Notes: generated by a model not told the origin, from the sequence alone. A stretch of 64,000 bases of DNA from Candidatus Poribacteria bacterium (GCA_965197475.1 CBDANF010000003.1:3392001-3456000), one strand, 5' to 3'. Counted from the stretch's first letter, positions 9,120 through 20,190 are shown. Made by a program: numbers and translations.

Positions 9120-11426
9120 ATGGACAGTAAAATGCTACAATCAATTGCCTACTTGAAGCGAATTTCAATCTCAGTGCCAATTGTAATGCTACTCCTCTTT
9201 GTTGGCACCTATGTTTTTGCGCAGGTACAACCTAACGATGATGCAGCGGCAAGAATTCGGACATTAAACGCTATTCAGGATGCAAACGATCACTATTACA
9301 AAAAACGGTACTCGGAAGCGATCAAAGCATATCAAGCGTTGCTTAAAACCAAACTGAGTCGGAGCCAAAAGGATTCCATGCGCCTCATGCTGGGTCAGAG
9401 CTACACGAAACTTGGCGAAGACGCGGAGGCACGCCGCATCTTTAAGGAGATTATAGATGACGATCCTGATGGGTCTTACGCGACACAAGCCGTACATCAA
9501 CTCTCTAATCTGTATCGGCAACGTTATCAGTTCAAAGAGGCTATTGTACTATGTAAGCACATTGTGAAACAACATCCTGACAGTGCTGCGGCTGCAGTTG
9601 CTGCTTACCTTACTGCGTACTATCAATATGTAGAAGGCAAGTATGAAGATGCCATGGCGAGTTATAAGTCTTTCTTGAATAATTATCCGAATTCAATCTA
9701 TCGCTCAACTGCAGTGAGCAGTCTTGTTCGCCTATATACGCAAAATGAACGCTTTGCTGATGCCGAAAAACTTATCACGGAACGGATGAAACTTAATCCG
9801 ACTGATACAACCCTTTTAGAGGAGCTTGCAAACTTATATCAACAACAGGGAAAGTATCAGAAAGCATTGGAACTCTATAAGGATGTGCTTGAAAAGAATC
9901 CTGCAAATACATCTATCCGACAAAAACTTGGTTCTCTCTATGCTGAACTTGGCAACAAGGAACAGGCAATAGCTGAATGGAAAAAATTGGTAGTAGGTAA
10001 TTTTGATCAACATCAGCAGCTGGGGACAATTTACCTATCTCACAAAATGTACACTGAAGCGATAAAAGCGTTTCAGCAAGCGATTAAGGCGAATCCGAGA
10101 TATGGGTACCTCTATATCCAGCTTGCGGGAGCTTACAATATTCAGGGAGATATTGAAAAAGCGGCCGCTACCTATCTTGATGGGTTACAAAGCATCGGTC
10201 CGAGCGGCAGTCAACGTACATCAATATGGAAAGCGATGCTTGAAATTTATCAAGGCGAACGACAAAGATTCCTCCGTGAAAAACTGATTGCCCAATACCG
10301 AAAAGTCTATCAGTCTGCTCCGCAAAATCTAAATAACGCGTTGACTTTGGGGGAATTGTTTTTCTATGCAGACCAACTTGACGAAGCACTTAAAACGTTC
10401 ACGCAACTCCACCGAAACTATCCCACTTCAATTGACGCAACATTGGAAAGATTCGGAGATGTTTTAGAACGCAACCAAAACCCATCAGCAATTGATTTTT
10501 ATAAAAAACTGTTGCAGCTTTCAAGAGACATAAGGATACTCACAAATACACGATATAAACTTGCAAAACTTTACCGAAATGCAGAGCAGTGGGGTGAGGC
10601 AGCCAATATCCTAAAGGAATTAGGCATGAATAGTCCTGCTTCCATTGACAGTCAACTCCTGCTTGCACAGATTCAATTGCGTGGTCTTCATGATCCCAAA
10701 GCTGCGCAAATGACGCTCCAACCACTGCTTGCTAAACGTTTAATTTCTAACCAATATACGGAAGCGCAATTGCTACTTGCAGAATGCCATATCCTTCTAA
10801 AAAGATATACCCTTGCAAGGCAGGACTTGACTCCCATAGCCGACAGTGTCAATCGTTCAAGTGCAGCAGCACGCAAACTAATTGGCGACTCGTACTTCTT
10901 CGCCACAGAATTTGAAAACGCTGTCACGGAATATAGAAAGGTGATCCGTATCTCGCAATCAGATAAACTCACGAACGATGCACTTGAACGAATTGTCCTA
11001 ATCCAAGACAATCAAGACTATCTCACCATACCGTTAACTGACTATGCTAACGCGCTGCAGCTCTACATGACCGGTGACATCAAAGCAGCGACAACACAGT
11101 GTGAAGACACGATTTCACTCCATCCGAAAGCACTTATTGTTGATGATCTGTGGATGCTTCTTGGTTCAATATATCGTTCCCAACATGCTTATGGTGATGC
11201 TATTCATTCATATCGACAGGTCGTTTCGCAAAATAGTCCCTTAGCAGCGGAAGCTCTAACGCAAATCGCAGAGATTTATCATAAAAAGAGAGATTTCACG
11301 AATGCTCTGGATACCTACACGACACTGCTCACAACATATCCGGACAACAGCATTGTTCCATATGCACGCCAACAATTGGACAAAATTACCAAGTTAATGA
11401 AAAGCACAGATTCCAATTCCCCTTGA
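9120..11426 (+). CDS. Secreted tetratricopeptide repeat protein
   Basis: Signal peptide followed by many TPR units (A..Y...L...P, LG..Y). Confidence 0.85.
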   Translation: MDSKMLQSIAYLKRISISVPIVMLLLFVGTYVFAQVQPNDDAAARIRTLNAIQDANDHYYKKRYSEAIKAYQALLKTKLSRSQKDSMRLMLGQSYTKLGEDAEARRIFKEIIDDDPDGSYATQAVHQLSNLYRQRYQFKEAIVLCKHIVKQHPDSAAAAVAAYLTAYYQYVEGKYEDAMASYKSFLNNYPNSIYRSTAVSSLVRLYTQNERFADAEKLITERMKLNPTDTTLLEELANLYQQQGKYQKALELYKDVLEKNPANTSIRQKLGSLYAELGNKEQAIAEWKKLVVGNFDQHQQLGTIYLSHKMYTEAIKAFQQAIKANPRYGYLYIQLAGAYNIQGDIEKAAATYLDGLQSIGPSGSQRTSIWKAMLEIYQGERQRFLREKLIAQYRKVYQSAPQNLNNALTLGELFFYADQLDEALKTFTQLHRNYPTSIDATLERFGDVLERNQNPSAIDFYKKLLQLSRDIRILTNTRYKLAKLYRNAEQWGEAANILKELGMNSPASIDSQLLLAQIQLRGLHDPKAAQMTLQPLLAKRLISNQYTEAQLLLAECHILLKRYTLARQDLTPIADSVNRSSAAARKLIGDSYFFATEFENAVTEYRKVIRISQSDKLTNDALERIVLIQDNQDYLTIPLTDYANALQLYMTGDIKAATTQCEDTISLHPKALIVDDLWMLLGSIYRSQHAYGDAIHSYRQVVSQNSPLAAEALTQIAEIYHKKRDFTNALDTYTTLLTTYPDNSIVPYARQQLDKITKLMKSTDSNSP

Positions 11427-11454
11427 TAGTACATGCCACAATTTATTCGATGCG

Positions 11455-13118
11455 ATGGAAAATACTTCACACCTCCTATTCATCTGCGCGCTATTTTTCA
11501 CATACCTTCTGCCCTTAAACGCAGATGAACCAACGATCCTCTTTACCGAACAGACTGAAGCAGCTGGAATCCATTTCAGACATATCAACGGAGCATCCGA
11601 ACAGAAATATCTACCCGAAACGATGGGAGCTGGTTGCCTATTCTTTGACTATGACAATGACGGTTTCCCTGATATCTATCTTGTCAATAGTGGTAAATCT
11701 TGTGAGAACGTTTCTCAACCCCGTACCCAACCTGATGAGATGAACGTTCTTTATCATAACAATGGCGATGGAACGTTTACCGATGTAACTATACAATCGA
11801 GATTTCAGGAAAATTTTGGTTATGGAATGGGTTGTCTCTCCGCTGATTACGACAACGATGGCGATGCAGACTTGTATCTCACCAACTTCGGAAGGAACCA
11901 ACTCTATCGCAACAATAGCGATGGCACTTTCACAGATGTTACAAACAATGCTGGTGTCGGCGATTCACACTGGAGTGTCAGCGCGTCCTTCGGAGACTAT
12001 AACCTTGATGGATATCTCGATCTGTATGTGACAAACTATCTCGATTATCATGTTAAAACTGCACATGCCTGTTCACTGCAAGGCGTTCATATTTACTGCG
12101 GCCCACACGAATACCCAGGCGCACCGGATACGCTTTATCGCAACAACGGCGATGGTACTTTTACAGATGTCACTACAAAGTCAGGGTGCGTAATGCTGGA
12201 AAAGGGTTAGGCGTTATCTTCACAAATTACAACAATGATGGCTATCCCGATATTTTCGTGGCAAACGATGCTGTCCAAGATTTTCTTTATCGCAACAACG
12301 GTGATGGAACATTTACCGATGTTGCAATCACAGCAGGGATTGCATATAATTCAGAGGGACGCGCAACGGCAAGTATGGGGATTGCAAATGGAGATTACGA
12401 TAACGACGGTGTTTTAGACCTTTTTGTTACAAACTTTTCGCTGGAAGTCAACAGTCTTTTCCACAACGATGGCAATGGATTTTACACAATGACTACGTTT
12501 GAAACAGGACTTGCAGAGCCCAGTTTCTCACAACTCGGTTTTGGTACACAATTTCTTGATGCCGACAATACCGGCACTTTGGACCTTTTCGTAGCGAACG
12601 GGCATGTATGGGACAACGTCTCGCAAATCACACCATCGCTATCCTACAAACAGACATACCAATTTTTCAGTAACACCGGAACAGGAAATTTCAAGGAAAT
12701 TTCTAAAGTAGCAGGAAAGTTTTTCACACGTCCAGTAGTTGCGCGCGGCACCGCCATCGGTGATTACGATAAAGATGGGGACACGGATATTCTCATCACA
12801 ACTTGTGGTGGAAAACCCATACTTCTACAGAACGATTCTAAAAGGGTAAACAATTGGTTGAAAATCAAATTAGTCGGTACTAAAAACAATCGCGATGGAA
12901 TCGGCGCGAAAGTTTATCTGAAAACTGATAACACAACACAAGTCAGAGAAGTTACTTGTGGCGGCAGCTACGCCTCTGGGAGTAAGCACACGGTTCATTT
13001 TGGGCTTCGCACCCACACAAAAGTGCAATCCATTGAAGTGAAATGGCCAGGAGGACATATCCAAAGGCTTGAGAATCTATCCACAAATCAAATTATCCGT
13101 GTTGAAGAAAACCGTTGA
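11455..13118 (+). pseudogene. CRTAC1/ASPIC-UnbV FG-GAP repeat protein, frameshifted (possibly an assembly indel)
   Basis: DYDNDG and NNGDGTFTDVT repeats, C-terminal NRDGIGAKV/VKWPGG; ORFs 11455-12210 and 12186-13118 join if the G3 run at 12184-12186 is G4 (TTKSGVRNAGKGLG). Confidence 0.85.
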
Positions 13119-13257
13119 GTTTGATGAAATATTCTGCTATGCTGTAGCGCGAGGTCTCTGTGCCTTGCATTCCCTTAAGAACAGACTAAAAAATTTCAAT
13201 TTTATATTGATAAACATCCGTAACTTCCGTTACAATTGAAGACAGGAGGTTATATTT

Positions 13258-14022
13258 ATGAAAAACCGTAACTTTTGGAAAATTGTTGGTTATAGTGCTA
13301 TCATCTGTTTACTCACACCGATGTCTGTGTGGGTAATTACTGCAGATGCAGCTGAATCATTCGGTGACCCGTTTGATGGTGGCGAATTGCAGAATCCAAA
13401 TTGGAAATGGCAAAACGAGCCAGCAAATTGGGATATCAGCGAAACCCACGACGGATTCCTGTACATTAAGACTGATGATGCAAATAGGGATCTCTGGGCA
13501 AACGACATGTCGCATTTCTTATATCAGGAAACTGAAACTGATATGTTTGATGTTGAAACCCGTTTCTTCGCCAGATGGGATACAAATAGCAGTGTAAATG
13601 GGCTGCTTGTAAAAAGCCCTTCTGACAATAATTGGGTGACAATTAAATTCTGGTCAAGAGATGCTGCTAATAGGGGGCACATCCAGTATCAAACCAGGGA
13701 AGCTGGGTTGGAACCGGATGATATACAATGGAGATTTGGTGATTGGGGTGACATCGAAATGTCCCTCCGACTCAAAAAAGAGGGTGATACATACACTGCA
13801 TGGTATAAAGCAATGGATGATGAGGATTGGGTAGATATCGGACAAGATAACTTTGCCCTGACTCCGCCACTTTGGCTCGGTATCTATGCCGGCGTTGCCA
13901 ACGATCAAGGTGGTACGCTTGAGGTTGAATACGAATATTTCCAAGACAATATGAACGAGTTTCCTGTTGAACCGGGTGGTAAAGCAACAACAACTTGGGG
14001 AGCAGTCAAAACCCGATATTAA
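13258..14022 (+). CDS. Secreted ConA/LamG-like beta-sandwich protein with PVEPGGKATTTWGAVK tail
   Basis: GGAGG RBS, signal peptide, DPFDGGEL..W.W, LRLKKEGDTYTAWY resembles GH43 C-terminal lectin-like domain. Confidence 0.65.
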   Translation: MKNRNFWKIVGYSAIICLLTPMSVWVITADAAESFGDPFDGGELQNPNWKWQNEPANWDISETHDGFLYIKTDDANRDLWANDMSHFLYQETETDMFDVETRFFARWDTNSSVNGLLVKSPSDNNWVTIKFWSRDAANRGHIQYQTREAGLEPDDIQWRFGDWGDIEMSLRLKKEGDTYTAWYKAMDDEDWVDIGQDNFALTPPLWLGIYAGVANDQGGTLEVEYEYFQDNMNEFPVEPGGKATTTWGAVKTRY

Positions 14023-14036
14023 GGAGGACAAAAGCA

Positions 14037-15921
14037 ATGCGATGCAGCTTAATCATATTTCTCTGTTTCTGTGTCGTTTCTCCTCTACTGGCTGAGACTT
14101 TCACAGATGTAAGTCAAGTGGCAGGAGTTCATCAGCGAGAAACTCCAATAGATCCGAATTCCGGGGCTTGGATGGGCCCCGGAACCGCCGCTGTAGATTA
14201 CGATAACGATGGCTGCTGGCTTGACATCTTCGTTGTTGGAGATGGTAGTTTACCCAATGCGCTTTACCATAATAACGGTGATGGAACATTTATGGATATA
14301 GCAGCCGAAGCAGGGGTGGCAAACACGCCAAACGGACGCGGGTGCGTCTGGTTTGACTATAACAATGATGGTTGGCGTGATCTTTATGTAACCTGTGCGG
14401 GACCAAACTTTCTCTTCATGAACAATGGGGATAGCACCTTCACAGATGTAAGTGAAGAGGCAGGGGGTCACTGATGCCCAGCACGGTACCAGTGCCTCGG
14501 TTGCTGATTATGACCACGATGGATGGCTTGATATCTATGTTGCGAACTGGGGACGCCCGGTCTCCCTTTTAGTTTTTGATCCTGCTCCCAGAATAAACGT
14601 GCTATATCGGAACAAAGGAGATGGCACTTTTGAAGAGGTAACAGACTCGGCAGGAGTCGCAGATGATGGAATTGCTTGGGGTGCAATCTTTTTTGATTAC
14701 GATGGCGATACATGGGCAGATTTGTTCGTAGCAAACGACCACGGTCCTGATAAACTCTATCGCAACAGAGGTGATGGCACCTTCACAGATGTTTCGGAGC
14801 AATCTGGCATTGTTACGCTCATCAGAGGAAAACCAACTGGTGCGATGGGACTTTGCGTCGGAGACTATGACAACGATACTGACCTTGATCTTTTCGTTAC
14901 AAACTACGATGAAGATCTGCTCTGGCGAAATAACGGTGATGGCACCTTTACTAACGTTGCTGAAGATGTTGGCGTTGCGAACGTAGGTGTAGGTTGGTAT
15001 GCCAGTTTCATTGACTTTGATAACGATGGATATCGCGACCTTTATGTTGTCAACGGTGATGTAGATAATTCGCAAAAGACAAACCGTAACCGTCTCTATC
15101 ATAATACTAAAGATGGAAAGTTTGTAGATCGTTCCGATGCGTTCAATACAACTGTTGATACCGTCGCACGTGGTGCAACTGCTGGAGATTTTGATAACGA
15201 TGGCGATGTCGATTTCTTTGTCGTCAACAACACTGGCAATACACTTCTTCTAAACGATCTTGATCCTCCATGGCGGTCCAATTATCCTGCCCTTCGGCGC
15301 AACTTAGCTAAGAATCAACGTCTCAAAATTCGTTTGCATGGAACAAAAAGCAACCGCGATGGCATCGGCACACGGGTTGCAGTGAAAGTAAGGGACTTCG
15401 TTCAAACGCAAGAATTAATCTGCGGCACCGGCTTTCTCGGTAGCGACAGTTTAGAACTTGAATTTGGACTGGCAGGTGCTAATAGAATCGATTCAATTAC
15501 GCTGACATGGCCATCTGGAATTGTCGAAACTTATGAACACCTATACGCATCAGACCTGTTCATTTTTACTGAAGGAGAAATGCAAAAGTTTGTAGTCGCG
15601 GTTGAACCAACAGGAAAACAGGCGACAACGTGGGGAAAGATCAAAACTGCAGAGGTGTTTCAAAACTATCCTAACCCATTTAACCCTGAAACGTGGATAC
15701 CGTATAATCTTTTTGAATCCAGTGATGTGAAATTTTCAATTTTTTCTCAGAGTGGAGATTTGGTACGAGAATTTAAAATTGGACAACAATCGCGTGGTGA
15801 AAAGAAATTATATTGGGATGGCAAAAACGCAAATGGCGAAACTGTTGCCAGTGGAATCTATTTCTATCAGTTTAAGGCTGGCAATACCCAAAGTGTGCGA
15901 AAAATGTGGTTAATGAAATAG
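14037..15921 (+). pseudogene. CRTAC1/ASPIC-UnbV FG-GAP protein with VEPTGK..TTWG motif and NYPNPFN C-terminal domain, frameshifted (possibly an assembly indel)
   Basis: AAGGAGG RBS, signal peptide; two ORFs join if the G5 run at 14463-14467 is G4 (VSEEAGVTDA). Confidence 0.85.
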
Positions 15922-16078
15922 ATTTGTACTATAATTTTACGCATTCAATCGTTTTGGACTTGAACCTTGCGTCATCTGAGGGTTAACGCTGGTTATGTTT
16001 GACGAGTTTATTTGACAAAATATTATTATGATATTTATGCTAATAGGTAACACAAATCTCACCTTGATGGAGTTACAT

Positions 16079-16201
16079 TAACGTGAGCTCGGTGTAAGAG
16101 AAATGAAGTTTTTAATGCCTTGAATTCTACTCTCAAAGCCACGGTAGGTGCGGTTTCTAACCGCACCGATGCCCAAAATTACTTATACTGAACTCACGTT
16201 A
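16079..16201. mobile_element. MITE with 20-bp TIRs containing a GTAGGTGCGGTTTCTAACCGCACC REP
   Basis: TAACGTGAGCTCGGTGTAAG ... CTTATACTGAACTCACGTTA; same TIRs at 49604-49756. Confidence 0.75.
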
Positions 16202-16327
16202 CATTATGAACTTCGACAGCAAATATAATCAAACGATAATAGAAGACATCATATTATTTCACAATCGTATACTAGGCGATTTAGCTTCGAGTCATTCAGG
16301 GAGCCGAGCAGACAAAGAGTATACGCA

Positions 16328-17167
16328 ATGGACAAGAGTGGGATTATATCAACCCGAAAAATTTCAAGGTTAAATTATATAAGAGGATATAACACAAAAC
16401 CCACAGAGGAGATGTTTGCAAAAATAGAAAGAGTATCACGATATTCAATAGATTCTGTAGTAAGGGGCGAATTTACATCTCAGTCCATAAATGAAATTAA
16501 ATTACTAACTTCCTATTTTATATCAAATGATCCATCTATTAGATCATGTTTTTATAAGATATTAACAAAAGGTAAAGAATCAGAAAAAGAAGAACAAGGC
16601 ACACTAAACCTATTGAAACTTATGTATCAGATACTAACAAAGTGGGACTTTATAATCCATAGAATAAAAGAGGGTGTTAATCAATATCAAAAATATATTA
16701 CAAGTGACAGACCAGTCTACCTAGATTCAATCCAATTCAGTCTTTTATCGTATGTATCACCAAAAATACATGTGTGGCAAACAATGCAGGAAATAGCACA
16801 AGAAATAACAGATATTGAGGTTGCAAATAAATTGAAAAAACAGGCGCACCATGAGTTAATGGAGGAAATCAAAAATATACAAAGGTCAAAGAACAAGTTA
16901 ATATGTCAGCGGATATTCACTGAAAATATAGATAAAATTGAACCTATATCAGTATTTTTAGTGTCTGAAGACATGATGATAACTTTACCTCTTAACCCAT
17001 ATACAGTCATACATTTTTATCAAAATGAAAAACAAAAAGAACTTATTAATAACCAGAAATTAATAGTGCAAAAATCAAATATGTTACAGTTAAATAATTG
17101 CGAAAAATATGTAATAAGTCATAGTGAAGATATATTAAAAGAGTTAAAAAAGATACAAACTAATTAA
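16328..17167 (+). CDS. DUF4238-like protein (passenger gene); true start uncertain
   Basis: In-frame upstream sequence from 16229 reads RRHHIISQSYTRRF, like the DUF4238 N-terminal HHxVPQxYLRxF motif; YITSDRPV and TLPLNP motifs. Confidence 0.65.
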   Translation: MDKSGIISTRKISRLNYIRGYNTKPTEEMFAKIERVSRYSIDSVVRGEFTSQSINEIKLLTSYFISNDPSIRSCFYKILTKGKESEKEEQGTLNLLKLMYQILTKWDFIIHRIKEGVNQYQKYITSDRPVYLDSIQFSLLSYVSPKIHVWQTMQEIAQEITDIEVANKLKKQAHHELMEEIKNIQRSKNKLICQRIFTENIDKIEPISVFLVSEDMMITLPLNPYTVIHFYQNEKQKELINNQKLIVQKSNMLQLNNCEKYVISHSEDILKELKKIQTN

Positions 17168-17453
17168 GTTACTTTCTTGCCAACATCGTGCCAAGGGTGA
17201 ATAATCCGTTATACTATTACGGTGTGTAATTGCGATGTTATTAAGGCTTTTATCTGTTGTTAGGTATGTATTATCAACTATATTAGCATGTTTGATAGTG
17301 CTTGAAATATACTATGGTGCATCAAAATATCGGAAGTGATTAATGCAAAAATGTACTTTCATAACAACCTACCGAATTTCCTAAGTCCAAAACGGCTAAT
17401 TGCGTAATTTTATGCTTACTAAAACCGAACTGATTAAGTAATGGGAGAAAAAA

Positions 17454-17723
17454 ATGGCTTTAATAATAGAACAAGGCGAGGTAAACAACGGTGGCATTGT
17501 TTTATCTAAGCCTTTGTCGTTGCCAGAAGGCACCAAAGTCCGCATACAAATTGAACCGATTGACACTGATGATAGCCAAAGCACGACATCCGATGATCAC
17601 GAAGACTTTACTAAATTGCCTTGCTTTGGAATGTGGGCTGACAGAGAGGATATGCGCGACAGTGTTGCATGGGTTAGAAAACAGAGAGAAAAATGTTTAG
17701 AACGAATAACACGAACGGAATAA
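17454..17723 (+). CDS. Putative antitoxin (DUF104/AF2212-like)
   Basis: G.V.NG.IVL..PLSLPEGTKVRI and FGMWADREDM..S..WVR; overlaps a PIN gene. Confidence 0.7.
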   Translation: MALIIEQGEVNNGGIVLSKPLSLPEGTKVRIQIEPIDTDDSQSTTSDDHEDFTKLPCFGMWADREDMRDSVAWVRKQREKCLERITRTE

Positions 17724-18091
17724 TTGATACCGATATTCTTATTGATGCTATGAACGGTGTTGGAGAGGCAATCGGATTTTTGGCGGAAAGGGAAACGGAA
17801 AAAATTGAGATTAGTATCGTCTCTGCTATAGAATTAACCATTGGTTGTCGGAATAAAGATGAGATGAAGGAATTACAGAAATTTCTTCAAAAATGTATCC
17901 TTTTACCTATAACTCCTACCGCGTCACAAAGTGCTCTTCAACTGATAGAATCGTACTATCTGAGTCATGGACTTCTCATGGGAGATGCACTTATCGCAGC
18001 GACAGTCATGGAGCGCGGTGCAACCCTTTATACAAAAAACACTCGCCACTTCCAAATGATCCCAAGATTAGCAATTATTCGACCTTACTGA
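17693..18091 (+). CDS. vapC: VapC-family PIN domain toxin
   Basis: IIDTDILID, SAIEL, DALIAAT, LYTKNTRHF. Confidence 0.88.
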   Translation: MFRTNNTNGIIDTDILIDAMNGVGEAIGFLAERETEKIEISIVSAIELTIGCRNKDEMKELQKFLQKCILLPITPTASQSALQLIESYYLSHGLLMGDALIAATVMERGATLYTKNTRHFQMIPRLAIIRPY

Positions 18092-18119
18092 ACTATAAGG
18101 AAGAAAAGAGGTATTCGCT

Positions 18120-19013
18120 ATGGAAAGCATATTTCTGAGATGGTGGGGGTGCGGTGCATTTGACGCATGTTTTGGCGATGTAAATATCGCATTTGATCCC
18201 TATTTGTTCAATAAGAACTTAGCGGATGCCGAACCGATATATGATTACATCTTCATCTCCCATGAGCATTTCGACCACTGCCACCCCGCCACCTTACAGA
18301 AATTGTGTTGTGGCACACGTTTTAAAAAGTTATTTGTTAATTCTGGATGCATCACGCCTGCCCTGCCCATCAATGAAAAATACGGGGATGCTGCCTTTGA
18401 ACGCGACCTACCGATAACCAAGCATGTCCCTGCCAATAAAGTCCAGATACTATACCCCAAACATCTCAACGACAAGCAAGGCACGTCCCGTTCATTTCAA
18501 GGTTCAGAGATACTTGACCTCGGTCCTATTCACGTCGAGACAATTGAAAGTGGCGAGAACCAAACGCCTGATTTGCCAACAAACGGCTATTTCATTACAC
18601 ACCTTGCAAAGAATGTCTCTATCCTACACATCGGTGATTTGCACGAACCGTATCCAGCACTGGCAAACCTCCAAAGTAAAGTTGATTTCCTGATTCACAT
18701 GAAACTTGGTCTCGGTGCTGGGCTTGCAGATCGGCTAATTAAACTGATAGAACTCATCCAACCCCGTTTCATGATACCGACACACTATCGCACTAATCGA
18801 AAATCGGATCCGATACCTGAAGGGCATTGGCCTCCAAACGTCACCGATGAAATGGCGTTCATTGAGTCAATCCGTGAAATTGTAGGAGAGAAAACCAACA
18901 TATTTCCTTTTACTGCTGGAATAGAATACGAAATTAAAATGCCAGAGAAACAGGTTATCTGGAAATGGGATTGGTTTAACACATGGACTGTTCCGCCTTG
19001 GCGTAAAAACTAA
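18120..19013 (+). CDS. Metallo-beta-lactamase fold hydrolase
   Basis: W.G, FDPY, ISHEHFDH, HIGD, IPTHY. Confidence 0.85.
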   Translation: MESIFLRWWGCGAFDACFGDVNIAFDPYLFNKNLADAEPIYDYIFISHEHFDHCHPATLQKLCCGTRFKKLFVNSGCITPALPINEKYGDAAFERDLPITKHVPANKVQILYPKHLNDKQGTSRSFQGSEILDLGPIHVETIESGENQTPDLPTNGYFITHLAKNVSILHIGDLHEPYPALANLQSKVDFLIHMKLGLGAGLADRLIKLIELIQPRFMIPTHYRTNRKSDPIPEGHWPPNVTDEMAFIESIREIVGEKTNIFPFTAGIEYEIKMPEKQVIWKWDWFNTWTVPPWRKN

Positions 19014-19081
19014 TTAAAGCGAATAGCAATTATTGCATCTATCTTGAATGTCCGACTTTAACAAATGGGAGTACACGTATT

Positions 19082-20104
19082 GTGTCAACAACCTCCAAAG
19101 TTCGCGTTGCTTTCTACGGATGCGGAAATTTTGCAAACCGAACCCGAATTCCGAACCTTTTACAGCAGGATTCCGTTAATATTGTTGCAGTGTGTGATAG
19201 TAATGTGAAAACGGTACAAGAAACAGTGGAACGTTTCAACGGCGCACATGTCTACCATAGCGAGAATGGTGGTGCACACGAAATGCTTGATACGCAAGAT
19301 TTTGACGTGTTATACTCTATCGTGCCAGCTTATGTACGGACTGATGTTGAAGTCATTGCTGCGGAAAAAGGCATACATATTTTCAGTGAAAAACCGCAGG
19401 CACTTACAATGCAGGTGGCAAATCGAATTGATAAAGCAATTCAGCAATCAGGGGTTATCAGTACTGTCGGGTTTCGCGAAAGGTACCGCCCGATTTTCCA
19501 AAAAGCACGCGAATTTTTGGCTGATAAAAAGGTCGTCCATGTCCGCTTCCAAAGTTATGGGAGACTACCGTCTGCAGCGGGGAGCGAAGCAAAAACGTGG
19601 TGGGCAGATATGAATAAATCGGGTAGTCGCGCTCTTGATTGGGGTGTTCATGCGACAGATTATAGCCGTTTTATGACAGGATTGAACGTTGTCCGTGCGC
19701 AAGCGTTCTATTGTGAACGCTCAGCTTATGCCACGCCGCTATCGTCTATTTTCAATTACTGCTTTGAGAACGGTGCTACGATGACACTCAACTTTGTTTC
19801 TGCTGGTACGAGTCCGAAAGACGAACCTTGGTTTACCGTTTTCTATGAAGGTGGACATCTTGCAATCTACCGATACGACAAGATTGAGGTAAACGGTGAG
19901 AAGTTTTATCAGGCAGAGGAATTTAATCCGTGGTTAGAACAGGATAAAACTTTTATCCGTGCTGTTCAGACAGAAGATGCAAGTATATTACAAAGTGATT
20001 ATCACGATGGACTTTTCTCTTTAGCACCTGTTTTAGCAGGTTGGGAATCTGCACGCCGCAATGGAGAATGTATTGATCTGGATTCATTCATGAATGTTTC
20101 TTAA
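19082..20104 (+). CDS. Gfo/Idh/MocA family oxidoreductase
   Basis: GCGNFA, HIFSEKP, GFRERY, LDWGVHATD. Confidence 0.9.
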   Translation: MSTTSKVRVAFYGCGNFANRTRIPNLLQQDSVNIVAVCDSNVKTVQETVERFNGAHVYHSENGGAHEMLDTQDFDVLYSIVPAYVRTDVEVIAAEKGIHIFSEKPQALTMQVANRIDKAIQQSGVISTVGFRERYRPIFQKAREFLADKKVVHVRFQSYGRLPSAAGSEAKTWWADMNKSGSRALDWGVHATDYSRFMTGLNVVRAQAFYCERSAYATPLSSIFNYCFENGATMTLNFVSAGTSPKDEPWFTVFYEGGHLAIYRYDKIEVNGEKFYQAEEFNPWLEQDKTFIRAVQTEDASILQSDYHDGLFSLAPVLAGWESARRNGECIDLDSFMNVS

Positions 20105-20107
20105 TAG

Positions 20108-20190
20108 TAGTAGGCACACTCCGTGTGCCGTCAACCATACAAAAGATCAGTAATATTTACATGTGCGGTAGGCGCGCTTTGTAAGCGCAC
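20108..20190 (+). repeat. Two REP palindromes: family B (20108-20131) and family C GTAGGCGCGCTTTGTAAGCGC (20168-20188)
   Basis: Family B identical over 24 nt to 25585-25608; family C matches the reverse complement of 53533-53553. Confidence 0.75.

Larger units (their letters stand above)
15940..17404. mobile_element. Non-autonomous IS1595-type mobile cassette (no transposase)
   Basis: Imperfect TIRs CGCAttcaatCGTTTTGGACTT / CGCAattagcCGTTTTGGACTT (rc), related to the IS1595 TIR at 30850; exact 8-bp target duplication TAATTTTA at 15932-15939 and 17405-17412; AT-rich interior. Confidence 0.85.

Noticed and set aside
15262-15305. Possible repeat-derived insert (PPWRSNYPALRR) in the second CRTAC1 protein
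   Set aside because: Longer than the equivalent linker in the paralogue, but no matching repeat found in the window.
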